Assembly: GCA_025594325.1 (NCBI GenBank) | Contig: JANHCV010000012.1 | Span: 744,001 to 808,000 of the forward strand | Origin: Blastocladiella emersonii ATCC 22665 | Lineage: Eukaryota > Fungi > Blastocladiomycota | Length of the DNA stretch: 64,000 bases | Reading direction: 5' to 3' | Program-made: the position numbers and the translations under genes | The notes under the pieces: generated by a model | What the model was told of the DNA's origin: nothing | What the model saw: only the letters and a program-made list of their open reading frames with translations | The model's database searches: none | In this document: one piece after another, positions 25,479 to 37,540 of the stretch | Layout: the number at the start of each line of letters is the position of its first letter | Numbering within the stretch: position 1 is the stretch's first letter

Positions 25479-26386
25479 CACCGCCACGGCGGTCCCGGCT
25501 CGAATAGCCTGCCGCTCACAAACTACACAACATGCCCGAGGTTAAGCTTTCATCGTGGCTTCAATAAGTTACCAGAACCGAGCTATCAGTGAACGAGGGT
25601 GTGATTCCCTTTCGCCCATCAGGTCGCGCATGAACAGCAACAGGCGGTTCTGACTAGGATCCGCACACAAAGCTCCACTACGCGCAGATATCTATTAAGA
25701 ACCGTCAGTGTTTTGCTATGTGAGGTTGAGGTTAACCCATAGACGACCATGGCACACTGGTATCCCTCACCCCACCCCCTCATATCTCCACCACTTTTTA
25801 CTCTACACTCTCGAAACTTTGCTCAGCAAAATTGTAGCTATCGATACTGTTAGGGCCCGAGATTTTTAGCGTGGCGCACCGCCTAACGGCTGAGCTGGGA
25901 GGCGCCGCCAAAGTTATGAACTTCGCGCGAGCGCCCGCCCTGACACCACCTTTGCATGAATCCGGTTCAAACTTTTCGTGGACGCACTATGCGTAGACTG
26001 ACACCACTGTGTGAAGTTAAAAGATGTGGAGTTGAAAACTGAGGGCGTGGGAGTCGTGGGACGCTCGGGTCCACGCGTTTCGGAGCCAAGATCGCCCCGT
26101 TCTCCAGCCAGGTGCGAGACATCGCGACGCGACTGGCACCCACGTGTGCGCCTCGTTGCGCTCTATCCGATAAGCTCAAGACTGGGTTTGTGGCTTGCGG
26201 GGGGAGCGAGAAAACCGCTGAAAACCCGATCGGACCCGCTGAGATCGGGGTTGGACAGCGGTGTCCCCAGCCGTCCCCGCCCCGCCACCCAGCCCGCCGT
26301 CCGCCGAGCGGCCTCGCCGCCATCTCACCCTCCACTTCCTCACCCTTCTTGCAAAGAACGACCTCAACCACCATCAACAACATATC

Positions 26387-27409
26387 ATGTTATCAACAAG
26401 ACGGCCTACGCCGAGCTGGGGCCCGTGAGCACGCGCTCGCGCGGGACCCGCTGCCGTCCCACCTCGCTGCTCCTCGCGTCCCCGCGACACCGTCGCCACT
26501 CGCCTCGCCACCGTCTACGCCATCGGACCCGCCACCTGCGCCGGGCAAGTGTCGCTGCGTCAACTCGCATGCACCTTCGTCGTCCGCGGCCGCGGCTCTC
26601 GCCGTCCAACCTGCTCCTGCTCGCCCCGTCTCGCCGTCGGACTCTGATCCCTATAGCGACAGCGAGGAGAGATCTGGCAGCGACGACGACGAGAAAGAGG
26701 CCAGGCCGCCGAACTCGAGGCCCGCAGGGAGCACTGGGCCACCGCGGCGCGCGCGCGGTCTGGACCGCCTGACGCGGCCGTTGCTGATGAAGGTCCCAGT
26801 GCTAGCGCCGCCGGCGCACCCTTCTCGCAGAACGGTGCGGCGGGTTTCGATGACGGCGACGTCCGCGACATGGCCAACATGGCTGGTTCAAACGACGAAG
26901 AAGAACACTGTGCGCAGCTCACTACACTGGGCCCGCGCGACATGCACTGACGCGAGCTGATCTACACAGGGCCCACGTTGTCGGCCGAGACGCGCGACGA
27001 AGGCCGGCAAGACGGCGATCGAGAGAAGGACCCAGGCGGCGGCGTGTTCAAGCTCACGTTCGAGGTCGGCGACGGCGTCCTCAGCTTCACCGACCGCCTC
27101 ATCAAGCCGATGCCCTCGACGGTACGCCAAGGCAACGACCCGCGCACAAGAACATGCGCTCCCCGCCCCCAAGGTCGCCGTCGCTAGCCGTATGTGGGCG
27201 AGACGCCGCTCCCCACGGCCACGCCCGCCGAGAACTCCAACTCGATCAAGCCGTCCGTGGTCTTCCTCTCGATCATCAGCTACAAGGGTCACGACGGCGA
27301 CTTGTCCCCGCAGATCATGTGCAAGGAGACGACGAATCGATACGCTTTGTCCCGCCACACCGGTCCCAAGGAAATCTTCATGTCAGTCGATGATCGTGAG
27401 ATGTTGTAG
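26387..27409 (+). CDS. Probable multi-exon gene of unknown function; 5' part unresolved
   Basis: Introns 26910-26969 (phase 1) and 27122-27187 (phase 0) link NDEEEHW-PTLSAETR..KPMPST-PYVGETPL..DDREML* in frame. The upstream part needs single-base corrections at short homopolymers to be read through. Confidence 0.45.
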
Positions 27410-27726
27410 TGGATTGCGGACGGCGCAATGAATGTTATTGGACGTCCACATTTTTGGTGAGGAGGGAGGAACAGCGGTGAGCGACAGTGAGGTGAAAAAT
27501 AATCGGGGCGAGGCTTAGGTGAGCTTTGTGCGGTGCGGCGGCGCCTGTTTCAAGAAGCTAAGTCCGGGGACGCTGGTGTGCCAAACCCCGGTCGGCTATG
27601 GGTTAAACCGACTCAGTTCGCATGACGCTCACATTTTGGCACGGGAACGGTTTCGAAACTGCAAGTGCGAGAGGGCTTTTATATGAAGCAGAACAGTGAC
27701 AATTGGCAACGAGACGTTGAATGAGC

Positions 27727-28852
27727 TCAATCAGAAAGATTCTCGTGACTCGGGAGAGAAGACGAACTCTCGCGGTGCGTAGTCTGCGAGTTGTGCGGCG
27801 CCGCCGTGACCGTGACGGCATCCGTGAATTGATGTGTATGCACGAGGCCGAGCACCTCCGTGAGAAACGCTTCTGAAAGACTCCATTCCGGCACCGAATC
27901 GCCCGGGTGTTCATGGCGCTGGTACCGCGTCTTATCGCGCATCGTGCGCCGAATCAGCCACTACCAGTACAACGCACAGACCCTGCATCAGGGCTCCGCA
28001 CCGCTTGCACTAGGATGAGAGAGCAGAAGAAAATCGACGTACCTTGAACCGCTGCTGGTTGATGAACCGGAAGAACGGGTACCGATCGTAAATCCAGTGG
28101 AAAAGGTCCTCGAGGGTAAGCCGCCGCGTCGGCGCCTCCAGCAGCGCAAGCGAAATGAGCTGCGGTGCCGTGAGGAGCGGCCGGTGGTACACGGTCCCAG
28201 TGGCCGGATCCACCGAAGCGGTCTCCAGCGGTATATTGCCGCGACCACCGGCAGATTTTTTGCCAGAGACGGACCGAGTCGAGGCGGCGGATTTGAGTCG
28301 CGAAGCGGAACGCAGCTTGCGCGGTTGAGCTGACCGCACCGCTCCATGAATCAACGCAGCTGGTTGCCGAGGTGATATCGGAGTAGCGGTGGAAGGCTGC
28401 GTGGGGCCGGCGAAGCGTCGCGAAGAAGTGTTTGGCGCATTCGACGACCTCGGGTCGACTTGCCAAACCGATTGCAGCGCCAGTGCAGCCGCACCATCGG
28501 CATCAGTTCTCTCGGGCGAGGAGGAAGAGCTGACGCGCGCTCGAGTTCCCACGCTGTCGTCGCGCGAGTCGCGCGTCGGGTGCGTCGCGTTCTGTGCGTC
28601 CGCCGGGTCGGCAAGCACCCACGGACGCGTGTCGAGCGGCACCGACCCGAGCGTTGAACGCGACAAGCCAAAATCAAGATTCGCAGTCAATTCGTGGCTC
28701 GCGAGCGATAGGCCGACCGGCGGCGAGTCGCATTCGGGCAGCCACGGCAACGGCGATGGCGAGCGCGGTGGGAATGCGAGCTCGCAGCGTGGCTCTCGCG
28801 CGATTGTCGGGCCGGGCGACGCGGACATGAATGCAGCAAGTGTTTGATTCAT
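27727..28852 (-). CDS. Divergent forkhead protein FH1, 2 exons
   Basis: RPLLTAPQLISLALLEAPTRRLTLEDLFHWIYDRYPFFR = forkhead H1-H2. Phase-0 intron 28042-27961. Exon 2 WLIRRTMRDKTRYQRH..VPEWSL = H3 and wing Trp. Confidence 0.8.
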
Positions 28853-28943
28853 TTGTTCATGGGATTCAGCATTCTGAGCGTCGAAGCGGGAGAGCGCGTG
28901 CCGCTGGCGATCGCAAGGCTGCCCTGCAAACATCGCGCGCCAC

Positions 28944-28967
28944 GCGCGTGAGTGGCGCAACGCGACT
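28944..28967 (-). promoter_or_regulatory. 24-nt upstream element shared exactly with 31779-31802
   Basis: GCGCGTGAGTGGCGCAACGCGACT (+ strand) occurs identically 92-115 nt upstream of FH1 and 116-139 nt upstream of the hydrolase gene. Confidence 0.5.
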
Positions 28968-29143
28968 TGCAGCTCAGGCACCGTCGCGGCACTCGAGCCA
29001 GTTCGGTTGCGTTCCCGACCGCTCTCAAGGTAGCCCTGGCTTCGGAGCAACACGGCCCTTTCCAGTAGTCCACGACGGGCAGCTCAGCCAGAAATCACAA
29101 TCTCATGTATTTATCCTAGGCATCGCGGCCAAGCAGGCTAGTG

Positions 29144-30094
29144 CTACGTGCTGTATTCGCTTGACCCTGATCGCACCGCGAATGAACCCAAGGGCGCAAG
29201 AATTCTCTGCATCGTGGCTCCCGAGACGCTCCACTCCACTGGACCGTTCCTGGTCGCCTGGTGCCGCTCAAACACGTCCCGTTTGTACAGCATGCACCTG
29301 ACCGTATTCTGGGACCGCGCACGCGCTATTCGTTAACGATTTGCTTTGCGTTGCCTTGACAGCGACAACGACAGCGACAGTCAACATACCTTTAAGCGAC
29401 GCTGGTCCATGAAGCGAAAGAACGCGTAGTGTTTCACGAGGTACGCCACAATATCGCGATGTGACAGGCGCCGGTTCGGCGCCGCGGCGAAGGCCAGGCA
29501 ACTGAGCACCGATAAGGATTGCTTCGGTCGGTGGTACACGACCCCGGTTGCTGGGTCCGTTGACGTGTATATTTTGGTCGACTTCTTTCGGGAGCCAAGG
29601 ACATCCACAGGATTGCGTAGATCTTGTCGCAAGAAAGCTGGGTTCAACGCCAAGCTGGCCGAAGTGTTGGCTGCAGCCACGAAACTGGGCGAGGATAGCA
29701 GCGCAGGCAAAAATAGCGAGCCGCTGGAAGGCATGGTGGGTGGAATTTGGAGTACTGTGTTGCCAGGCAGATGCGCGTCTGTCATTGAAGCCGACTCGGG
29801 CGACGGCATGGTCCAGAACGGCGCAGCACTGCCCTCCGTGAGGAAACGCGGCTCCAGCGCGGCGGGTGACGGCTGCGACCCGCTGTCAAAAGCAGCAACA
29901 GGAAGCAAAAGCGGCGAGTTCGGAGCAACTTGAGGCGCCAATCCATCTCCGATGAAAGCAAGTCCAGCGGGCGGAGAGTCACAGGTCGGGAGCGACGGCG
30001 ACGGTGACCTCGGCGGTGGCGCAGCTGAGTGGAGGCAGCGGTCAAACTGAAGAGGTTGGCCGTTTGGTGCTGACATGGTTGCATCAAGTTTCAT
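29144..30094 (-). CDS. Divergent forkhead protein FH2, 2 exons
   Basis: RPKQSLSVLSCLAFAAAPNRRLSHRDIVAYLVKHYAFFR. Phase-0 intron 29389-29309. Exon 2 NTVRCMLYKRDVFERH..VEWSV, stop at 29144. Confidence 0.8.
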
Positions 30095-30721
30095 TCATGT
30101 GGCTTCATCGGCTGCTGCATCTGAGTGGTTACGCAGGAGAGACAATCGCGGCATCGCCCTGGTCGGTTGCATAGGTCCGCCACAGCCAAGCCACCCGCGT
30201 CACGTCCAGCGCACGTGCGTAAGAATACCTACCGACCATCACCCCGCCAAGCCAGCGGGTGCAGAGAAGCGCGAGAACCATGACAAAAACGCGTCGAAAC
30301 GGCGTGTGTGCGAGACCGCGGTCCGTGATGGTGAACGAGAGTTGCCTCAGCGCGGTGGCAGTGAACCCTCGGCTTGGTCGCGCCTTGGGCTTAAGTCGAG
30401 TCCTCAAAGCTACGATTGATAAACGCAACTGAGTCGCGAAGCGCCAAAATGGACCGGGACAGGCATCACACGCGCTGGACCATCAGGAAGGCCATCGCGG
30501 GGCTTGTTTGGTCGCGATCGCAACAAGGCGCGAGGTGATTCGATGACCAGGATACCGAGAATATATTGTTCCTTGAGCTGGAAAGCAAAGCGTAGTGGCG
30601 CCAGTAAACGAGGCACGCCAACTGACTCCGTCGCGTGAGCGCCAACCAGCAACGTCTAGACTGGATGCGCGACTGGGAATGGACCGAAGTCCTAGCCGGC
30701 GACAAGCGGTCGAATGGCGCC

Positions 30722-31663
30722 CTAGTCAACCGGCTCGATCTCCAACGGCAGCGCGAGCCAGGACTCGACGAGCGCGACGACGTCTACCACGAGCTTGCCG
30801 TAGCTCGCCGGATCCAGCGTTGCGTCAAAGATGTGCGTGTGGGCCTCGATTGGGTTGCTGCACGTGGTCGGGATCGGGCGGAACAGCGCCGTGATGTGCG
30901 GCGGGAGGTCGCGCGGGATGTACACAAATGAGGACGGGGCCGCGGCCGTCGTCGCGTCGGTGCTGGCATCTGGCGGGCGCCGCCGAATCTTGGGGTACAG
31001 GCACTGCACCCGGACGCCGGTGTCGAGCAGGTACTGCAGCCGCTCGACGCGCCGGGCCAGCGACTCGCCGAAGAGTGGCGCGAGGAACGTGATGTAGTTG
31101 GACAAAAAGTGCGCGAACCCGGCGCCCAGGACGGCGGGGGCGGCGAGCGCCACGGCCTTGCGCCACAGCGACACGGGCGCCATCATGACCTGCACCACGC
31201 TCACCAGCGGGCGGTGCGCGAGATTGAGCAGCTCCGGCTGGAGATGGAAGTAGGGCGTGTCAAAGGCAAGCAGGCCAAGGACTCGGATGGCGCTCGGGTC
31301 GACGCCAGCGGCCGTGGTCTCGTGCAGCGGATGCGTCGCGTCGGTCAAGATCCGCACCGCATCGGCCGCAACGAGACCGCCCATGGAGTGGGCGACGAGA
31401 ATCAGGTCGAGGCGCGGTGGCGCAGCGCCGTTGGACCCGTCCTCGTCGGCAGCCACCGGCGGCACCAAGTCCAGAATGTACACGACGGCACGACGCGCGG
31501 CCTCGGCGAGCGTGTGCTTGCAGTCAAAGGCGGGGAGCACCTTGCACTCGAAGCCGTGCAGGTCGAGCCGCGCCTCGAGGTGCTCGGGGAAGCGCGCAAA
31601 CGACTCCGCGCTCCCGAGGAAGCCGTGGACGAAGAGCAGGACGCCTTTGCATTTGCTTTGCAT
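30722..31663 (-). CDS. Alpha/beta-hydrolase (PGAP1/DUF676-like putative lipase)
   Basis: LLFVHGFLGS oxyanion segment, nucleophile elbow VAHSMGG, LAFDTPYF, C-terminal His in IEAHTHIF. Confidence 0.8.
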   Translation of the reverse strand: MQSKCKGVLLFVHGFLGSAESFARFPEHLEARLDLHGFECKVLPAFDCKHTLAEAARRAVVYILDLVPPVAADEDGSNGAAPPRLDLILVAHSMGGLVAADAVRILTDATHPLHETTAAGVDPSAIRVLGLLAFDTPYFHLQPELLNLAHRPLVSVVQVMMAPVSLWRKAVALAAPAVLGAGFAHFLSNYITFLAPLFGESLARRVERLQYLLDTGVRVQCLYPKIRRRPPDASTDATTAAAPSSFVYIPRDLPPHITALFRPIPTTCSNPIEAHTHIFDATLDPASYGKLVVDVVALVESWLALPLEIEPVD

Positions 31664-31778
31664 CAGATATACATGTGAGGTTGGGCAAGGTGAGAGCGGG
31701 GGAGGCGCTTCGAGAGGCGCACCTTGGCCGCAGGCTGGCGATCGGCGAAGGGCTCAAGTCAGGTGACGCTCGAGCCGG

Positions 31779-31802
31779 GCGCGTGAGTGGCGCAACGCGA
31801 CT
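31779..31802 (-). promoter_or_regulatory. 24-nt upstream element shared exactly with 28944-28967
   Basis: Exact 24-nt identity. A further GCTGGCGATCG lies in both regions between the element and the ATG. Confidence 0.5.
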
Positions 31803-32042
31803 CGAGTTGCCATCGGCTCCTTCGTTTCCTGCAGCCGCTTCTCGCTTACATATACCTCTAACGTGGTATCCATTCAGGGCAGAGGGGGATTCGGGTTCGA
31901 AATTGGAAGCAAATGCACGGAACAGGAGGCGGAACTCAGAGATCTATGACATGAGCACGGGCAAGGCGCAGCTCGTGATATTTGGTCGGTCTATGCCAAT
32001 ATGTACCCGGGGCTTGAGGCCGGTATGAATTTCCACCTGAAC

Positions 32043-34930
32043 TCAGTCCAAGCGACACACGACCCCAAGACGCGTTGCTTGGAACGCGACCCAGGCTTCC
32101 TCCGAGAAGGTCGGGGATCCCGCGAAAAAGGCGGGTGGGATACCGCTACCCTCAGCGTAGGCCTTGACGCGGTGAGAAAAGATCTCCTCGAGCGACCACG
32201 AGTCCTCGAACGGCAGCACCACCTTTTCGTCGCGGTTGTTGAGAGGTGCGACGGGAAACTCGTGGAGGAGAAAGCCGTGGCGATCGCGTGCACTCGCAGG
32301 AGAGTCATCATCGGCGTCGCCGCCGAGTCGATCCATGAGTTCCTGCAGCGCCGCGCCACGATGGCCAGGACCTGTACGAGGTTGCAGGGCATGGTCAGTG
32401 GTCGTCGGTGTGCAGTGGGCCGAGTGAAGGGCGTACCGGCGCCAACGAGAACGAACGTGGTCGAGTTCTTGCTGCGCCGCACGAGCTGGGCAGTGGATGC
32501 ACCGGCCATGGCGAGGAAAGCAAACGTCGTTGAGAAGGTCCACGGCTGCGAGTCCGAGATGACCTTGAGGGTGAGGTCGCGGGCAAGCTCACCAAGGCGT
32601 GTGTCCCGCAGGGCAAACAAGAGGGGCGTGCAGTTGATCTCGTAGAAGTCAGTTGGCGTGAGAGCGAGAGAGTCAAAGTCACCACGGCCATGAAGCGGGA
32701 AGCCCTTGATCTTGGCGGCGAGCAAGAGGAGTGGAGTCCCGTTGATGAGACGCGTGACCTGCAGGTACCCTTGGTCGTTGGACGGCGGGCGACCAGGCTT
32801 GAGCCAATCGGGAAGCCTCCGGTGCAAGGCCGGATCGATGCAGGCCAGGTAAGCGGTCTTGATCTCGGACATGGCCTTGGTCGCGGCGCAAAGGCGAGCC
32901 AGCGCGGCCATGATCTCGAGCTTGGTGACGCCTTGCCGGGCGAGAATCTTGATGTGTTTGAACGAGACCCGCCCGTCACCCGAGGATGTACCGTTGATTG
33001 CGAGGTGGTCGACGGCGAACGAGAGGAGCGCGATGAAGTACATTGCGTTGCGACAGACCTGGCGTACGAGTTCAGAGTCAGCAACGTCCGACAATCCGTC
33101 CATGAGCGCGACGGCGATGGCCGCGTGGCCCTCGGTCGACTGCCGCTGCAGGAAGAGGTTCTTGAGCGCGTCGTGCTGCGTGTCGACAGAGATGAAGCCA
33201 AGGATCGACTCGTACAGCTCGGGACTGCAGAGCACCCCGAGCGCACCAATGGCCTTGGCGCCGATCAGGAAGGACCGCGGCTCCGGGTAGCCCCGATGTG
33301 TGCTACCAATGAGGGAAGCAACGTGCGGCGTGGGGTTTGTCGCAACGAGTTGCTCGACGACAGCGGCTGGCTCGACGTGCTGCTGCCCGGCGGTGTCACC
33401 CGGCTTGACCTGTCGGTGCGAAGCGGCCAATTCGGCTCGCTGCTGCTGGTCATCGCAGCGCGCAGCGAGCTGCTCGTCGAAATCGCCCGACTCAAGCTGG
33501 CGATCGGTGTGGACGGCGTCAAGGTAGACGTCACGTTCGTCCTGATCGCCCGCTCGAGGTGCTGAGGCAGCAGCGTGAGCGCGGGCGGGCCGTGCCGTGG
33601 CCTTCTTTTTCGGTTTGACAATGCGACGGCTGCCAGTAGATGACGACGCAGCTGATCGAGCGGGACCAGGACCCGTTTCAGCGAAACGAAGGGTGGAATG
33701 CACTGGTAGTTTCCCCCTGCCACTCGTACTGAAATCAATGTGGTCAAGAGCGACGGCTTCAAGACCAGCCTAATTGTGTGCGCGATTGTTAGCTTTCACC
33801 GCATATCGCGACCTGCGACGAGAACGTACTGTATTGCAGAGCTGGCGGTGCGCTGACTCGAACGCGCCCACGGCCTCATCGGCCTGGAGCCCGTCATCGA
33901 GCAGTACAGCGTGGCAGACGACGACGCGGCCTGTGTCAAGGACGAGGCGCGTGATGCACGGACCAGCGCTGGCCGCCGGCTGGATCACGGCCGTTTCCAC
34001 GATGGTTGCGCCGTGGAGCGCGGACCCGAGCGCAGCACCAATCTGCACGGCCGAGTCGGTCGATCCACGCGCGACCTTGGCCGGGACGCCGTCGTCACGA
34101 GCGACGAATAGGTCGAGTTCGCCACGTGCGCGCGACTCGAGCGGGTACTGCGGCATGCGCGGTCCGAGTTGGTCGTCCGAGTCGGATGCGTTTGGATTGT
34201 TGAAAGGAGCAGCGGAAGAAGCCTCGTCGTCGCGCAGCGCATGGGTGTTCAGCGAGTCGGCGACGGTTTTGCCAGGTTGAGAACTCGGGGCTGCTAAACC
34301 GTGGAAACGTCGTGTTAGCATTCGTTCTCCAAGTCTACGAGTCGGTGAAACGTACATAAAGGCGGTTGCGTCCCGCTGGGAGCACTGGCCCTCGCTCGCG
34401 GAACAGGCGCGAGTCCCTCGAGCGGCAGATCATGCACGATTTTCTCGAGCAGCAAGGCGTGCTCAGAGTCCTCGGTGTCGGTGCGGGTGCGTGGCGGATC
34501 TGACGTGGACTGCGAAGCGGCAAGCGAGACCACCTTGGCCTCGCCACCAACGCGGGGCCGCTTCGCTCGACTCGCCGTCGCGGCAGCGATTTCGGAGAGG
34601 GTGCCTAGTCAAACGAGTGAGCTCCCAATCACGCTGCCGTGTGCACTCTGATCACGTACGCTTGCCGAGAAGGCTCGCCTTTGGCTGCTCGGCGGGCGAA
34701 GCAGGCGCGCTCGTGTTGGTCGACGAGGGCAAAAGGAGCGGCAAGTCCGAAGAAGTATTCAAGCTGCCGGCGCGCGGGTGGCCGGCGGGCGGCGAATCGA
34801 AAGCAAGCGGGGAAGGCGACGAAGCAGGCGACGAAGCATGTGGCGAGGCGGCGTCGGGCCCCTCGCCTCGCTCGCTCGCGACTGGCGAGACTCGTGACGC
34901 GGACATAGTTGCAGCAAGTGGTTCACTCAA
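32043..34930 (-). CDS. Five-exon orphan protein (about 870 aa) carrying the FH-family N-terminal module but no forkhead domain
   Basis: Introns 34659-34605, 34355-34294, 33829-33770 and 32436-32372 all join in frame. N-terminus PLAATMSAS..ASSPSPLAFDSPPAG. The family ATG is TTG at 34930; the first ATG is at 34906. Confidence 0.65.
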
Positions 34931-35253
34931 TTTCCATTAGAAGTCATTCGATCGTATCGCCTGCAAGAGAGCGAGTTCGACGGTCCAGCGCGTACGCTCG
35001 CGTGACCCGGCGTGCGCAAGATTCTCCCGCCCGCGCGTGCATCGGCATCATGCCTCAAATCAGCTTCTTCTCGGGCACGAAGATCGACACTTCATGGCTT
35101 GCCATGTGTGGGTGCTCGAGTCCATGAAACAGGCGTTGACAAAGACGGGCTTCGCGTGGACAGGATGAAGTACCAAGAGGGAAGGGACACTTGCTAGAGC
35201 AATCGCAAATGAGCATTATATCCACGCGCAAGGGAGCGAGTCTTAACGCAAGG

Positions 35254-36382
35254 TTATGCGGGTGGGCGAGGGAGGATGGGAACGGGCGGCCTGCTAGGTG
35301 GGAGAGGAGTTGCGACGCGCTGATGCATGGGCGGCCGCGGCGTTGAAGAGCCAGTGTTCGGTAGCGGCTCGGACGCTGGTGCAGCAGGCACGACCAAAGG
35401 CTCTACGGTTGGACGAGGGCGGATGGGTACGAGGGATCGTGGAGGTGGTGGCTCGGTCCGCAGCGAGGACGAATCGACGCGCGGCTGAACGGTTTGGAGC
35501 GCAGATGACAAGGCATGTGACTGCACCGTTGGTCGAGGGGAGATGACAGCAGGCGGCTGTGTCGATGGCCGCGGGGCAATAGCGACAGGCGACCGCACCG
35601 ATGGGCCGCTAGGCAAAGCGCCGGTCCGCTTCGCGGCTGGCCGAGGGTGGATGGCAACGGGTTTACGTTGACGCAACGACTCAAGGGGACGTTTGCGAGC
35701 AGGGCGTCCACCACGCCGCTTACGGTTCATTTCGTCTGGAAGCGGTGCGCTGGGGCTAGTCTCGCAGCGGGTGAGGTTAGAAGTTGTTAAATAGCCGAAG
35801 GTGAAACGTGGAATACGTGAAAGCAGGGACGGGAGCGGGCAACGGCGAAACGAACGGCACGCGGTAGCCGTAGTAAGGCGACGGGTGAATGTAAGCGGGG
35901 ACGTGGCCGTAAGGGCTGAAAGCGCCGAGCGGATTTGTAGACGAGTGCACTCCGAAGCCAGGAGGGACCGCAGTGGCAGCCTCAGAGCGAGCTTGCTCAT
36001 CCGCGGAAGCAAGCTGCGCGAGCGGCGCGTCATGACAAAGCGGAGCAGTAGGTGATACCGGCGCCCTTTCCAAGTCTACCACATCTACGTGTAAAACGTT
36101 CTCGCATTCTGCCACGAGTGTCCGGTGAGGTGACGTTCCGCCATCCTGCAGGACATAAGGTTGCAGGGAGCGTGTTTGTGGAGGCTGATCGCTGCCCGAG
36201 TTGATGGGGCGAGAAAAAAAGTACTGAGAGCCATGGGCGGACCAAAATGACTGAGTATCACCGTTTGGCGAAAGACCGGCGGGCGGAGAGTCGCAGTTTG
36301 GCAGCGAAGGCGACCGTGAGCGCGGCGGGGTCGCGTCGGGGCTGCGCACGAAGGCAGCTGATTGCTCGTGTAGCTCAAACAT
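35254..36382 (-). CDS. Two-exon Pro-rich protein with the FH-family N-terminal module and five IxPRP repeats; no forkhead domain
   Basis: TPPRSRSPSLPNCDSPPAGLS near the N-terminus. Phase-2 intron 35816-35756 with CTAAC branch point. Exon 2 has IHPRP, IAPRP, ISPRP, IRPRP, ILPRP. Confidence 0.6.
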
Positions 36383-36687
36383 AATTGCAGCAAGTTTCAG
36401 CTTCTCGTCTTCATTGGGCGCAACGCTTGGGTTCACGATTGCGAAAGCGAGAACGATGCAATTCAGAACCAGTTGGTCGGTCCGACTGCCAAGCCACACG
36501 TGTGGCGGCGGACACGTGCGGCTGAGCTTCGCGTCCCCCATCGCCCTGTGCAGTGACGAGTAAAGCTATTGATATTATTGCACACAGACGGGAAGACAGT
36601 CGAAAAGAACACAACGAGAAAGCGAGCGAGACACCGCAACGGGACCCTTGCGTGTCGCGTTAAGACGCTGCAACCAACGACTAATCA

Positions 36688-37540
36688 TCAGTCGATCCGA
36701 GAAAGCTCGATCGGGTCTGGGGCGTCAGGAGCGATCCGCTCAAGCTCGGAAGAGACCCAACTCATGTCGGCCGTGGGCCCCGCGGTCGCAGCGAGAGTCC
36801 AGATCAGCTCTGCAAACGACTGGCGAGCTGAGCGGGCCTTGAGAGCGCCGCTCGGGAAAACCCGCAAAAAGTCGAGTGTGACGCTGCCCGCGCTGAACTC
36901 TTCGCACAACGCGATCACTGCACCCTTAGAGTCGCCGTGAAGCAATGCGAGCGTCAGAAGTTGGGCCGACGCGAGTCGATCGCAGGTACACGGCGACGCG
37001 GAAGCAGATACATGATTGTTGGACTTGGCTGTTGCAAGCTTGTACAAGCGCGACCAAAAGTTCTCGAAGGGTAGATGGGCGACGTGTGCGGGTCCGATTT
37101 GGATCTGACCCAAAGTTCCCCAAGAAGTGAGCGCCAGATCGGATGAACCGCGAACGGACAGTTCGCGCACTGCGCGAAGCCTAAATCGCCAACCGAACCG
37201 ACTGAGATGCTCGAGAGTGTCGTTGAATCAGGTGTAAAAAGCGACCGGATCAATACATGAAGATAGAGCTTCGCAATGCTCGGCTTCGGTGCGATAGACG
37301 TCAGCCCGCTGCGCCGATCCGAGAAGATGGACGAAACCAGCTGCACTAAGTCGCACAGCGTCGACCAAACGAACTCGTCGGCACCCTCGTACGAGCCAAG
37401 GAATTCAAGTAGCTCGTCAGGGACTGCTGAGCTCGACGTGTCAAGCAAAACGCTTCGAGGGCGCGCATCGTATCCGCGGCCAGAAGCCCTTGCGAATTCA
37501 CAATAGGCCAATGCAAAGTCGACCAAGCGCAGCGTTGCCG
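36688..37540 (-). pseudogene. P1-type second-exon (CxxC/CxC domain) remnant, frameshifted, overlapping the end of P2
   Basis: VPDELLEFLGSYEGADEFVWSTLCDLVQL aligns to P1 IPSELLAFLGSYSGNDESVWAMCVDLVQL. CANCPF aligns to CPTCPL and PCTCDRLASAQL to PCGCDRLKSAQL. There is a frame change at about 37050-37130. Confidence 0.75.

Noticed and set aside
25871-25878. Isolated GTGGCGCA/TGCGCCAC 8-mers
   Set aside because: Several are expected by chance at this GC content; only the 15-24 nt matches were kept.
25560-25960. AT-richer intergenic stretch as a possible ncRNA gene
   Set aside because: I found no tRNA, rRNA or snRNA signature by eye; an Infernal/Rfam scan would be needed.
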